Positions 26,378 to 35,492 of a DNA stretch of 64,000 nucleotides are shown one piece after another (within the stretch, counting starts at the first letter, position 1; each line of letters begins with the position of its first letter). Where the stretch lies: positions 960,001 through 1,024,000 of the forward strand of contig CAXXSR010000001.1 in NCBI GenBank assembly GCA_963662615.2. The letters are read 5' to 3'. The translations under genes and the position numbers were made by a program. The DNA is from Dehalococcoidia bacterium (GTDB lineage: Bacteria > Chloroflexota > Dehalococcoidia > Bin125). Below the pieces are notes generated by a model. That model was not told the DNA's origin. It searched no databases and saw only the letters and a program-made list of their open reading frames with translations.

Positions 26378-26977
26378 ATGCGCTTGCTGGCGCTGGCCAC
26401 AAGTGCTGCAGCCGCCCTTATCACTGCTTGTGGCGGAGAGAGCAACGATGACCTCGAGCGACGTATCGCCGCGCTCGAAGCACAGCCACAGATGGGGAAT
26501 CTCATCGTGGTGGGCAAGGAGATGAATGTGCTGGGCGCCGCTGCCGAAGTCTGCGTCCGATACCGGGTCTTCGAAGCGACAGACGAGACATGCCAGCTTC
26601 TAGGTCAGGCTCAACTGGACTGTTCTCGAGAAGCGCGGATCGGCGAGCCGCTTCCCGAATGCTGGAGGGGCGGGGTCGCAAATGACAAGCCGGATCTGTC
26701 TGGACTAGTTGAGGCCAACGTGACCACGTGTGAAACCGAAGAGCGCGGCTTCCCGGAGGCAGTGGGCACGGTCCGTAACAATTCTGAGGACATCGTTGAT
26801 GTGATCATCGACATCCAGTTTCTCGGTCGCTCTGGATTTGTGGTGGCAAACCAGTCGGATGAAGTCCGCGGCCTGCGGCCAAACCAGGTTGGTGAATGGC
26901 GAGGAAGTCCGTACGTCAGGGTCGGGTGGACGTCGTGCGAGCCTCAGATAGGCCGCGTGGTGCCGTCACGTCGCTGA
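26378..26977 (+). CDS. lipoprotein with FxLYD-like C-terminal domain, lower GC
   Basis: ITAC lipobox; G.VRN.S......I...F.G.SG.VV......L.P.Q...W pattern; atypical codon usage. Confidence 0.7.
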   Translation: MRLLALATSAAAALITACGGESNDDLERRIAALEAQPQMGNLIVVGKEMNVLGAAAEVCVRYRVFEATDETCQLLGQAQLDCSREARIGEPLPECWRGGVANDKPDLSGLVEANVTTCETEERGFPEAVGTVRNNSEDIVDVIIDIQFLGRSGFVVANQSDEVRGLRPNQVGEWRGSPYVRVGWTSCEPQIGRVVPSRR

Positions 26978-26994
26978 GGGCGTCGCCACTCTCG

Positions 26995-27630
26995 TCACTC
27001 CGACGATACGCCCTGCGCGGCGGTGACGATGAGGTCCGCGGCCTGCTGCATGTCCAGGACGTCAGTGTTGATGACGAGGTCGTAGTGGGTGGGGCGCTCT
27101 TCCTCCACCTTGTAAAAGCGCTTGAGATAGTCGCGGCGCTCGCGGTCGGAGCTGGCCACCGCCTTCTTGGCGCCTCCCTCACTGAGCTGGGTCGCGTGCA
27201 TGAGTCGCTGCATCCTGGTCTCCGGCGACGCCGTCACGAAGACGCGCAGGAGGCCCGGTTTCCCCGCCAGCGCCATGCTGGCGGCGTGGGCGATGATCAC
27301 CACCCGACGGTCGTCCGCCGTCTCGCAGACGACCTGCTCAATGAGCCTCTCAGCACGCGGCGGCGGCGGATCTGTCATGCGCCTCTGCACGCTGGCGCCG
27401 GTCGGGTCGACCGGCATCGCGCTGGTGATCACGTCGACGATGCGGTCAACCAGCGGCTTCGAGTGCTCGGCCGCCGCGATCTCGGCAGGGGAGACGCGGG
27501 CCCTGTCCGCCGCCTTCAGGACGATCTCATCGTCCACGTAGCGGTAGCGAAGCCGTCGCGCGACCGCGCGGCCAATCTCTTCGCCGCCGGCCGCGACCGA
27601 TCGCGAGATGCAAACGATGTCGTACGCCAT
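26995..27630 (-). CDS. cytidylate kinase-like family protein
   Basis: ISRSVAAGGEEIG, YVDDEI, RVFVTAS...R..R, D.ER..Y, YDLVINT motifs. Confidence 0.9.
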   Translation of the reverse strand: MAYDIVCISRSVAAGGEEIGRAVARRLRYRYVDDEIVLKAADRARVSPAEIAAAEHSKPLVDRIVDVITSAMPVDPTGASVQRRMTDPPPPRAERLIEQVVCETADDRRVVIIAHAASMALAGKPGLLRVFVTASPETRMQRLMHATQLSEGGAKKAVASSDRERRDYLKRFYKVEEERPTHYDLVINTDVLDMQQAADLIVTAAQGVSSE

Positions 27631-27701
27631 CGATCCCCTCCTTCGCCCGCTGACCGTCGCCGCAGCGGGCCGGAACCGCGACGAGACGGAGCCGTCGCCC
27701 C

Positions 27702-29315
27702 CTACTCCCCACCCAGGCGAAAGCGCGTCGCGGCGGGCTCTTTGGGCAGGCCGGGCATGGTCATGATCTCCCCGGCGATGACCACCAAGAAACCGGCCCC
27801 CGCCGAGGCGCGCACCTCGCGCACTCGGAACTCGAACCCCTGGGGACGGCCCAACAGCGCCGGATCGTCGGAGAGCGAGTACTGCGTCTTGGCGACGCAG
27901 ATCGGCAGCTCCTCCAGCCCCAGCCGCTTCATCCGACGCAGGGTGAGTTGCGCGGGCCGGAGGTAGCTCACCGACCCCGCGCCGTAGACCTCCCGCGCCA
28001 CCGTCTCAATCTTTTCCGCGATCGGCTGCTCCAGGTCGTAGAGGGGGCGGAGGGTCGCGTCGCCATCGTCCAAGGCAGATCGCACGGCCTCGCCCAGCGC
28101 CATGCAGGCCGCGCCGCCGCCGCCGAACGGGTCCGCCTCCGCCACCCGCACGTCGCGCCCTTGGCAGTGCCGGACCACCGTTGCGATCTCCGCGTCGCTG
28201 TCGGCGGGGAAGCGGTTGACCGCCACCACCGGCGTGACGCCGTGGCGCTGGACGTTGTCGATGTGCGCGTCCAAATTCGCCAGCCCCTGCTCGACCGCGC
28301 CCACGTTTTCCGCCTCCAGCTCCTTCGCATCGACGCCGCCGTGGCGCTTCAACGCCCGCACCGTCGCCACGATCACCGCCGCGTCGGGCCGCAGCCCGCC
28401 GAGTCGCGAGACCACGTTGAAGAACTTCTCCGCGCCCAGGTCCGAGCCGAAGCCGCACTCCGTGATCACGACGTCCGACGTGGCCAGCGCCGCTTTGGTG
28501 GCGATGATGCTGTTGCAGCCCAAGGCGATGTTGGCGAAGGGGCCGCCGTGCACGAGCGCCGGTCCCCCCTCACTGGTCTGCACCAGGTTGGGCTGCAGCG
28601 CCCCCTGCAGCAGCACCGTCATGGCCGTGTCGACGCCGATGTCGCGGCAGACGACCGGTTCGATGTCGCGGGTGTAGCCCACGATCACATCGCCGAGCCG
28701 GCGCTGGAGGTCCTCCAGATCGCTCGTCACGGAGAGGACCGCCATGACCTCGGAGGCGGGCGTGATGTCGAAGCCCTCCTCGCGCGGGATGCCGTCCGTC
28801 GTGCCGCCCATGCCGATCACGATCTGGCGCAACGCGCGGTCGTTCATGTCCAAGCATCGCCGCCAGGTGATCCGTCGGGGGTCGAGGCCGTGGGGATTGC
28901 CGTGGAAGAGCGAATTGTCGACAGCTGCGGCCAGGAGGTTGTTGGCCGCGGTGACGGCGTGCATATCGCCCGTGAAGTGCAGGTTGATCTCGTCGGCCGG
29001 CAGCACCTGCGATCCCCCGCCGCCGGTGCCGCCACCCTTGATGCCCATCACGGGGCCCATGGACGGCTCCCGCAGCGCCACCGTCGCCTTGACGCCTTGC
29101 CGTCGCAGCGCCTGCGTCAGGCCAATGGAGGTCGTCGTCTTGCCCTCGCCGGCCGTCGTCGGCGTGATGCCGGTCACCAGGACGAGCCGGCCCGGGTCGG
29201 CGTCGCGCAAGCGCAGCACGGTGGCCGGTGTCAGCTTGGCCTTGTAGCGGCCGAACAGTTCCAGATCATCGGCCGCCAATTCCAGGTCGGCGGCCACCTG
29301 CTCGATCGGGCGCAT
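27702..29315 (-). CDS. fhs: formate--tetrahydrofolate ligase
   Basis: TPTTAGEGKTT, LREPSMGP, INLHFTGD, VHGGPFANIA, AKTQYSLSD, MTMPGLPK motifs. Confidence 0.97.
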   Translation of the reverse strand: MRPIEQVAADLELAADDLELFGRYKAKLTPATVLRLRDADPGRLVLVTGITPTTAGEGKTTTSIGLTQALRRQGVKATVALREPSMGPVMGIKGGGTGGGGSQVLPADEINLHFTGDMHAVTAANNLLAAAVDNSLFHGNPHGLDPRRITWRRCLDMNDRALRQIVIGMGGTTDGIPREEGFDITPASEVMAVLSVTSDLEDLQRRLGDVIVGYTRDIEPVVCRDIGVDTAMTVLLQGALQPNLVQTSEGGPALVHGGPFANIALGCNSIIATKAALATSDVVITECGFGSDLGAEKFFNVVSRLGGLRPDAAVIVATVRALKRHGGVDAKELEAENVGAVEQGLANLDAHIDNVQRHGVTPVVAVNRFPADSDAEIATVVRHCQGRDVRVAEADPFGGGGAACMALGEAVRSALDDGDATLRPLYDLEQPIAEKIETVAREVYGAGSVSYLRPAQLTLRRMKRLGLEELPICVAKTQYSLSDDPALLGRPQGFEFRVREVRASAGAGFLVVIAGEIMTMPGLPKEPAATRFRLGGE

Positions 29316-29417
29316 GGTCCCTCCCCCGCTGAGCCCGGCTCCTGCATTGCGCTCGTGACGGCTCAAGCTGTGCGAGGCTACAGGATTCGACGGGGAGGAT
29401 GAGCGCGCGCGCTGGCG

Positions 29418-29930
29418 CTAGCGGCGTTCGGCCTCGAATTGCACATCGGTGATCTTGCGCGAATTCGCGATCAACGACACGTTCCAGTGGCCCGCCTCTG
29501 GGACCGTCACGGGGATCACGGCCACGATCCAGGGCGGCGTCACCGCTACCTCGAAATCGCTGCGCTGCTGAAAGGCCGTGCCCACGCGCTTGTGCAGGCG
29601 CACCCGCACCGACGGCGCGTCAAGGGGGCGGGGTACCTCCAGGCGCACGAACAGCTGCTCGCCCACCGCCACGGGTCCGTCTACCGGCACGAGCACCGGC
29701 TTGTCGGGGTCCGACTCATCGACGGCGATGGCGAGCGTGGCGGTGCCGCCGGCACCCCCCAGCCCGCAGGCCCCCGCCGCCAAAGCCGCCGCCAGTGCGA
29801 GGAAGGCGATGTAGCAACGAGCCCTGAGGATGGCCGCCATCACGCCGAGTGGCATCGTCCCAAGTGCCGTCGCGCCGATTGGCATTGCGCCGAGTGGCAT
29901 TGCGCCGAGTGGCATTGCGCCGAGTGGCAT
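29418..29930 (-). CDS. putative lipoprotein with Ig-like beta domain (start 29930 if leaderless, or 29840)
   Basis: AGAC lipobox after a hydrophobic stretch; TATACT -10 element 7 nt before the ATG at 29930. Confidence 0.6.
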   Translation of the reverse strand: MPLGAMPLGAMPLGAMPIGATALGTMPLGVMAAILRARCYIAFLALAAALAAGACGLGGAGGTATLAIAVDESDPDKPVLVPVDGPVAVGEQLFVRLEVPRPLDAPSVRVRLHKRVGTAFQQRSDFEVAVTPPWIVAVIPVTVPEAGHWNVSLIANSRKITDVQFEAERR

Positions 29931-29940
29931 TGCGCCGAGT
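29845..29940. repeat. 15-bp tandem repeat x6 (CCGAGTGGCATTGCG)
   Basis: Three perfect and three degenerate units; on the minus strand most units contain an in-frame ATG (MPLGA). Confidence 0.85.
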
Positions 29941-29996
29941 ATAGTTGCGCTCGGCGGCGGGCTCTCTCGCGCCGCTCCGGCCCGACAGGTGCAGCC

Positions 29997-31340
29997 ATGG
30001 GCGCGGCCCGATCGTACGCGGAGGTCGTGGCGCTGCTCGCGGCCACTGCGGACGAGGACGCGGAAGAGGACCGAGGGCCCCGGCCGCTCGCGACGTCTGC
30101 CACCGTCTGCCTCGTCGTCGGCGATGCGGGCGTCGGCAGCATCGCGACTGTGTTGAGCGCACTGCTGGGCGCCGCCGGATACAGGACGGTCCACGTCGCC
30201 AGCCGTCACATCCACCGCTGGCACGAGCGCATTCGCCTGAACGGGCGACCGCTGGAGCCGGAGCCGTTCGCTCTCGCCATCGACGCCGCTTTCGAAGGCG
30301 CAGCTCGCCGCCAGGGGCTCTCCGCGCAGGAGGCCGTGCTGCGTGCGGGGATGACCATCGCAGACGGTCTGGCCGATAGTCTGGCGGACGGTCTGGCGAC
30401 CGGTCTGGCGGCAGGCGAGGGCGCGGGGGTCTGCTTGGTCCTGGAAGCGCCGATCCTTCCTCCGGAAGGACCGCCGATTCGCCCGGCCCCGCCGCAGCCC
30501 GCGATGGTCGTCCTGGCCCCTGCGACGTCCCCGCGCTGGATCGAGACGCGCTTGCCGTCCGCCCTCGCCGCGGCGTCAACGGTCGTGCTGGCGCCGCAGC
30601 GCGAGTCGGTGGCGGCGGCCGCGCGTGCCGCGGTGGCCGCCAGCGGCGTCGCGCTGCACGAGGCGGCCGTCGCCTGCCGGATGGGACGGGCGAGCACGGG
30701 TCTGGACGGCCAGCGCTTCACGACGCAGACGCCGCGCGGCCGTTACACGGTGGCACTCCCGTTGCTCGGCGCGCAGCAGCGGGCGAACTTCGTCACGGCG
30801 CTGCTGGCGGCCGAGCAGATCGCCCAGGAGGGCCTGAACGCTGCGGCGGTCGCGAAGGCGATCGCCGATGTCTCCTTGCCGCTTCGCTTTGAGATCATCA
30901 AGAGGTCGCCGTTGGTCGTGCTGGACGGCGCCGACGATCCGGCCGGCTATCGGGCCCTCCAGAGTGTCGCGGCGGAGATCTTCGGGCGCTTACGTTTGGT
31001 GATCGTGGCCACCGTCGACGCCGCCGTACCCCACGACGCCCTAACCGAAGCGATCGAGGCGATCCCTGCCGAGGTTCGCATCGCCTTCCCGCCGCCCGAC
31101 AGGGCCGTGGCCGAACGAGTGGCGCAGCGGCTGCGCGACCGCGGCATCGGCGCGCAGTTGTGGGGCGCGCCGGGTCCCGCGCTCGTGGACGCCGTCGATA
31201 GCGCCGGCCCGCGCGATGGCGTACTCGTTTTCGGCTCCCTGTCGGGGACGGCCGAGGCGCGAGCCTGGCTGCTGGGGATCGAGCAGGAACAGCGGCCGAG
31301 CCCGCGAACGACGGGCGTCAGCGGCTATTCCTGCGGATAG
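29997..31340 (+). CDS. FolC/Mur-ligase-like protein with degenerate P-loop
   Basis: L.AAGYR, ERIRLNG, LPLLGAQQRAN..TAL, RFE, VVLDGA, VLVFGSL; the P-loop reads GDAGVGS. Confidence 0.75.
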   Translation: MGAARSYAEVVALLAATADEDAEEDRGPRPLATSATVCLVVGDAGVGSIATVLSALLGAAGYRTVHVASRHIHRWHERIRLNGRPLEPEPFALAIDAAFEGAARRQGLSAQEAVLRAGMTIADGLADSLADGLATGLAAGEGAGVCLVLEAPILPPEGPPIRPAPPQPAMVVLAPATSPRWIETRLPSALAAASTVVLAPQRESVAAAARAAVAASGVALHEAAVACRMGRASTGLDGQRFTTQTPRGRYTVALPLLGAQQRANFVTALLAAEQIAQEGLNAAAVAKAIADVSLPLRFEIIKRSPLVVLDGADDPAGYRALQSVAAEIFGRLRLVIVATVDAAVPHDALTEAIEAIPAEVRIAFPPPDRAVAERVAQRLRDRGIGAQLWGAPGPALVDAVDSAGPRDGVLVFGSLSGTAEARAWLLGIEQEQRPSPRTTGVSGYSCG

Positions 31341-31846
31341 CGCCAGGGCCGCGCGGGCTGCTCGGCCTCTTCGTCCAGCGTCCACATGGGCAGCGACAGC
31401 CCCTCCACGACGTCCTTGAAGACCATCCGCACGCGGCTGCCGATGCCGACCCGAGCTACCAGCTCCGGGGGAGCGAACTCGCCCTCCGGGGTGACCAGAT
31501 TTCCGGCCACCCGCAAGGCGATGTCCTGTTCTGGGACGCCCTTCTGTGTGTCCAGATCCACCAGCGGGATCATGTAGGGCGTGTGCTCCTTCAGCCCTGA
31601 CTGAATGGCGTGGTGGACCTCGCCGTAGGAGTGCACCTCGCCCCGGCCGTCAACGCGCTCCCACCCAAATTCGGCGCCGGCGCACCAGGGGCAGGCGCTC
31701 CGAGGCGGGAAGCAGAGCAGGTTGCAGGCCTGGCAGCGCTGGAGATGAAAGTCGTGCTGGGCGCAGTAGCCGAAATAGGTCAGGTTCTCCGTGTCCAGGT
31801 CGCTGATGCTCAGGCTCATCCCCAGATACTCGGTGTCAATGGCCAT
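31325..31846 (-). CDS. DUF35 zinc-ribbon/OB-fold protein (thiolase partner)
   Basis: LQRCQAC...FPPRSACPWC, G.G.VHSY, IG.RV..VF motifs. Confidence 0.9.
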   Translation of the reverse strand: MAIDTEYLGMSLSISDLDTENLTYFGYCAQHDFHLQRCQACNLLCFPPRSACPWCAGAEFGWERVDGRGEVHSYGEVHHAIQSGLKEHTPYMIPLVDLDTQKGVPEQDIALRVAGNLVTPEGEFAPPELVARVGIGSRVRMVFKDVVEGLSLPMWTLDEEAEQPARPWRYPQE

Positions 31847-31874
31847 GATCACACCCCTTCGCTGCTCGCCGTGC

Positions 31875-33134
31875 CTAGCCGCGACGCAGCACCATTGACG
31901 ACGCCGCCGCCGGGTAGGCCCAGCCCAGATTGACGGTGAGGTTGACGTCGCGGACCTGCCGGCAGGCGCCCGGCGTCTCGTAGTCGAAGCTGTGCTCGCG
32001 CTTGCCGTCCGCCCCCACGGGGCAGTAGTCGTCCACGTCGCCGCGCAACTGCCGCACATTCTCAATAACCAGGTTCATGCCGTGGGTGTAGCCCTCGCAG
32101 AGGTGGCCGCCGCTGGTGTTGTTGGGCCGCGCTCCGCCCAACTGAATGGCGCCGCTACTGACGTAGTCGCCGCCTTCGCCCTTCGTGCAGAAGCCGTAGT
32201 CCTCCAGTTGCATCATGGCCGTGAAGGTGAAGGCGTCGTAGGAGCCGGTGAGGTCCATGTCCTCGGGCCCCACGCCCGCGTGCGGCCAGAGCAGCTCCTT
32301 GGCGTAATGCCCGGCCACGGTGGAGAGCGGGCCGTACTGGTAATGGAGGTAGATCTCGTTGCCCGGCTTGCAGCAGCGGCCCACCACCGAGAGGATGCGC
32401 ACCGGCGTGTGCCGACCGTCGACGGCGCGATCGGCGCTGGTCACGATGATGGCGGTGGCGTTGTCGGTCTCCACGCAGCAGTCCAGCAGGTGCAGCGGCT
32501 TGACGATGAAGCGGCTGTCCAGCACGTCCTGGACGCTCACGCGCTCCTTGTAATAGGCCTTCGGGTTCTGCGACGCGTGCCGGCTGTGCGCCATCTTCAC
32601 GTGCGCCACCTGGGCGGGCGTGGTGCCGTAGTCGTACATGTGCCGCATGAACGACTGGCTGAAGTTCTGGCCGGCGCTGAACCAGCCGTAGACCGCGTTG
32701 TGGAGGCGGTCGCCGTCGAGGGGCACGGCCGCCCGACGGCCGGTTCCGCCAATGCGGACCTGCGAGTAGCCGTTCATGGCGCGGAAGATCACCACGGTCT
32801 TGCACATCCCCGCCTCGATCGCGCCCATGGCCAGGCCGGTCAGGGCCTCGGTGCTGGAGCCGCCGCCGATCACGTCCATGTAGAAGTTGAGCCGCATCCC
32901 CAGATCGGAGGCGACGAGCGGGGAGAAGGTGGAGTCGGCGTTGGAATAGGACATCATGCCGTCCACCTCCCCCGGCCGCAGCCCCGCATCCTCCAGGGCG
33001 TTGCGGATCGCCCACGTCGCCAGGGAGCGGGTCGTGCGACCGGAGCCGCGCATGTACGTCGTCTCGCCCACGCCGACGATCGCGTACTTGTCGCGCAGGT
33101 ACTTGGGTGCCGTCGCGTCGATCTCGCTGGTCAT
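31875..33134 (-). CDS. SCP2-type thiolase / Ltp2-like aldolase
   Basis: AIVGVGET, PLHLLDCC.ETD, YDAFT, NTSGG.L.EGY.HG motifs. Confidence 0.9.
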   Translation of the reverse strand: MTSEIDATAPKYLRDKYAIVGVGETTYMRGSGRTTRSLATWAIRNALEDAGLRPGEVDGMMSYSNADSTFSPLVASDLGMRLNFYMDVIGGGSSTEALTGLAMGAIEAGMCKTVVIFRAMNGYSQVRIGGTGRRAAVPLDGDRLHNAVYGWFSAGQNFSQSFMRHMYDYGTTPAQVAHVKMAHSRHASQNPKAYYKERVSVQDVLDSRFIVKPLHLLDCCVETDNATAIIVTSADRAVDGRHTPVRILSVVGRCCKPGNEIYLHYQYGPLSTVAGHYAKELLWPHAGVGPEDMDLTGSYDAFTFTAMMQLEDYGFCTKGEGGDYVSSGAIQLGGARPNNTSGGHLCEGYTHGMNLVIENVRQLRGDVDDYCPVGADGKREHSFDYETPGACRQVRDVNLTVNLGWAYPAAASSMVLRRG

Positions 33135-33234
33135 GCCTGCCCTCTCTTCCGGGCTGCCCCGTGGCCATTAGGGTATATCCGCGCCTCTGGCGCCACTGCC
33201 GGACTCTTGGGAGCCCATCTGAAAGGTGGTCCCG

Positions 33235-33705
33235 ATGCGCTGGCTTCAGGCGACGGCACAGGCAACGATCGCCTGCCCCGAGGATCAAGTGTTCGCCTTC
33301 GTCTCCGCCGTGGAGAACATGGAACGCTGGGTGACCGGCGTCAGCGATGTGCGCCGCCCCACCGACGCCGCCCTCGCGGCGGGGGCCACCTTCAGCAGCA
33401 CGTACACGTACGCAAGGCGAACCCACGAGATCGAGTACGAGGTGACCGCTGTCGAGGCCCCGCGAGTGATTGCGATGCAGTCGCTGCGAGGGCCCTTCCC
33501 CTTCCAGAGCACGCTCGCGCTGGCGCCGGTGCCCGAGGGAACGCTGGTCAGGAACGAGTTGCGGGCGGGTTCGGACAGCGCCTTCACCAGCGCGACGTTC
33601 GTGTTGCTGCGGCCCCTGCTCCGCGCGCTGATGCGTCGCCGGCTGCGCAAGGAGCTTCGCGTCCTGAAGGCGCTGCTGGAGGACGCGTCGCCCCCTGACG
33701 GCTGA
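33235..33705 (+). CDS. SRPBCC family protein
   Basis: I.CP..QVFAFVS...N...W and C-terminal L..LKALLE. Confidence 0.8.
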   Translation: MRWLQATAQATIACPEDQVFAFVSAVENMERWVTGVSDVRRPTDAALAAGATFSSTYTYARRTHEIEYEVTAVEAPRVIAMQSLRGPFPFQSTLALAPVPEGTLVRNELRAGSDSAFTSATFVLLRPLLRALMRRRLRKELRVLKALLEDASPPDG

Positions 33706-33791
33706 AGCGGGCGCGCCGCGGTCGCTGCTAGGATCGGGCCTGGAGCCCCGCTCCGGTCGCAGAGACAGCCATAGAGACGAGGACGACCGCC

Positions 33792-34625
33792 ATGCCCCAC
33801 GCCCAGATCAACGGCGTCGATCTGTTCTACGACGAAGCCGGCGCCGGTGAGCCGATCCTCTTCCACCACGGCTACACCGGCTCCCACGATGGCTGGGAGG
33901 GCGTCGTGGAGCGGCTCCGGGACCGCTTCCGCTGCATTGTGATGGACTGCCGCGGCGCCGGCGACAGCGCCCAACCCGCGGACGGGTACACCATTGATCA
34001 GTACGCACTCGACGTTGTGGGCATGGCGGACCACCTGGGGTTGGAGCGCGTCGCCTACGTGGGGCATAGCATGGGCGGCCTCATTGGCATGTGGTTGGGG
34101 CTGGAGCACGCCCGCCGTCTGACGAAGCTGGTCCTCGTGGCGCCCGCCCCCGCCGACGGGATCCGGCGCGACCCCGCCGATCGCGAGCGCGCCCGCGCGC
34201 TCTGGATCGGCCGCGAACGCGACACGATGATTCACGAGCGCACCGTCACGGCCGCCCGCTCCGTGAGCGAGGAGCAGATCGTCGGCAGCATCGACCGCGC
34301 TCTTTCGGTGTCGGAGGGCCACTACGAGGAATCCTGGCGGTCAATGGAGCAGACGCGAATCGGCGAGCGCTTGGGCGAGATCCAGACGCCGACGCTGATG
34401 ATCGCCGCCGCCGCCGACGACCTCCTGCCCGGCAACCTGGATGACTTCCGCCGCCTGGGCAACGCCACCCTGCACGTCTTCAGCCGCGTCAGCCACGGCA
34501 TCCCCCGCGAGGTCCCGTCGGCGCTGAGCCGCGTGCTGGCCGATTTCATGGAGCACGGCGTCGTCATCCCTGCCACCCTGCGGGAGCGCCTGCAAGACGC
34601 GCCGGCAAGGGGCGTGAGGGGCTAG
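33792..34625 (+). CDS. alpha/beta hydrolase
   Basis: HG, D.RG.G.S, GHSMGG nucleophile elbow, C-terminal His. Confidence 0.92.
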   Translation: MPHAQINGVDLFYDEAGAGEPILFHHGYTGSHDGWEGVVERLRDRFRCIVMDCRGAGDSAQPADGYTIDQYALDVVGMADHLGLERVAYVGHSMGGLIGMWLGLEHARRLTKLVLVAPAPADGIRRDPADRERARALWIGRERDTMIHERTVTAARSVSEEQIVGSIDRALSVSEGHYEESWRSMEQTRIGERLGEIQTPTLMIAAAADDLLPGNLDDFRRLGNATLHVFSRVSHGIPREVPSALSRVLADFMEHGVVIPATLRERLQDAPARGVRG

Positions 34626-35407
34626 CCGGACCTCGATGCGCTAAACGTGATGCCGCGCGTATCGAACTCCGCCGCGTCCGACTCGTGCTCGGAGCCGGAG
34701 AAGACGTCGATCTGTTCGCCCCAGCGTATGTCCACGAACCCTGAGAGCCTCAGCACCGCTTTCCACTCTGCTTCCAGCAGAGCGCCGGCGATTCAACCGG
34801 ACCACAGATCGATGTCGTCCTTCGCCTCCTGGGGCACCGGCTGCAGTACGACGATGTCGGCGATCTGAATCCGCCCGCCCGGCTTCAGCACGCGATGGAT
34901 CTCCTCCATCACCGCCCGCTTATCCGGGCAGAGGTTGATGACGCCGTTACTGATCACGACGTCCACGGATGCGCTCTCGACCGGCAGCTCCTCCGTGTAG
35001 CCAAGACGCACGTCCACGTTCTGGAGCCCCAGCGCGCCCGCGCCCGCCCGCGTCTTCTCGACCATGGCCTCCGTCATGTCAACGGCGATCACCCGGCCGC
35101 TCTGGCCCACCTGCCGCGCCGTCAGCAACGTGTCGAAGCCAGCGCCGCAGCCCAGGTCCAGCACCGTCGCCCCGCTCGGCAGCCGTCCCAGCGACAGCGG
35201 GTTGCCGGTCCCCGCGAACGATTCCACGGCGGTAGGCGGCAGCCAGTCCACGTCGGCGGGGTCGTAGTCCAGCATCGCGGCGAGCGGGCGGCCCGTGTGG
35301 AAGTGGAAGCCCTTGTCGGGCTCGCTGGCGACGTCGTGATATTTCTGTTGCACCTGCTCCCGCAGCAGCGCGCGATCGACTCTGGCGGGTGTCACGGAAT
35401 CTGCCAT
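34622..35407 (-). CDS. arsenite methyltransferase (ArsM-like), probable selenoprotein (UGA=Sec at 34795-34793)
   Basis: GNP, VLDLGCGAGFD, VISNGVINLCPDK, RVLKPGG, then LWSG-UGA-IAGAL; frame continues 56 codons to TAG at 34624-34622; GGAGG RBS. Confidence 0.85.
34755..34795 (-). promoter_or_regulatory. bacterial SECIS-like hairpin
   Basis: Minus strand CGCTCTGCT-GGA-AGCAGAGTG 9-bp stem starting 9 nt after the UGA, with an apical G. Confidence 0.65.
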
Positions 35408-35492
35408 CAATTGTTCCTCCAGCAACTGCTTCACACTGACCACGCGGCGCGACGCGTGTCAAGCGCGCGCCGCTCCCCGCGGGAGGGGCCCA

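Noticed and set aside
29439-29996. N-terminal WHCAE-repeat metal-binding extension of the FolC-like ORF
   Set aside because: It is only the + strand translation of the 15-bp DNA repeat and overlaps an opposite-strand lipoprotein gene.
31875-33134. Thiolase lacking the catalytic Cys as a novel pseudoenzyme
   Set aside because: This is normal for Ltp2-type aldolases paired with DUF35 proteins.
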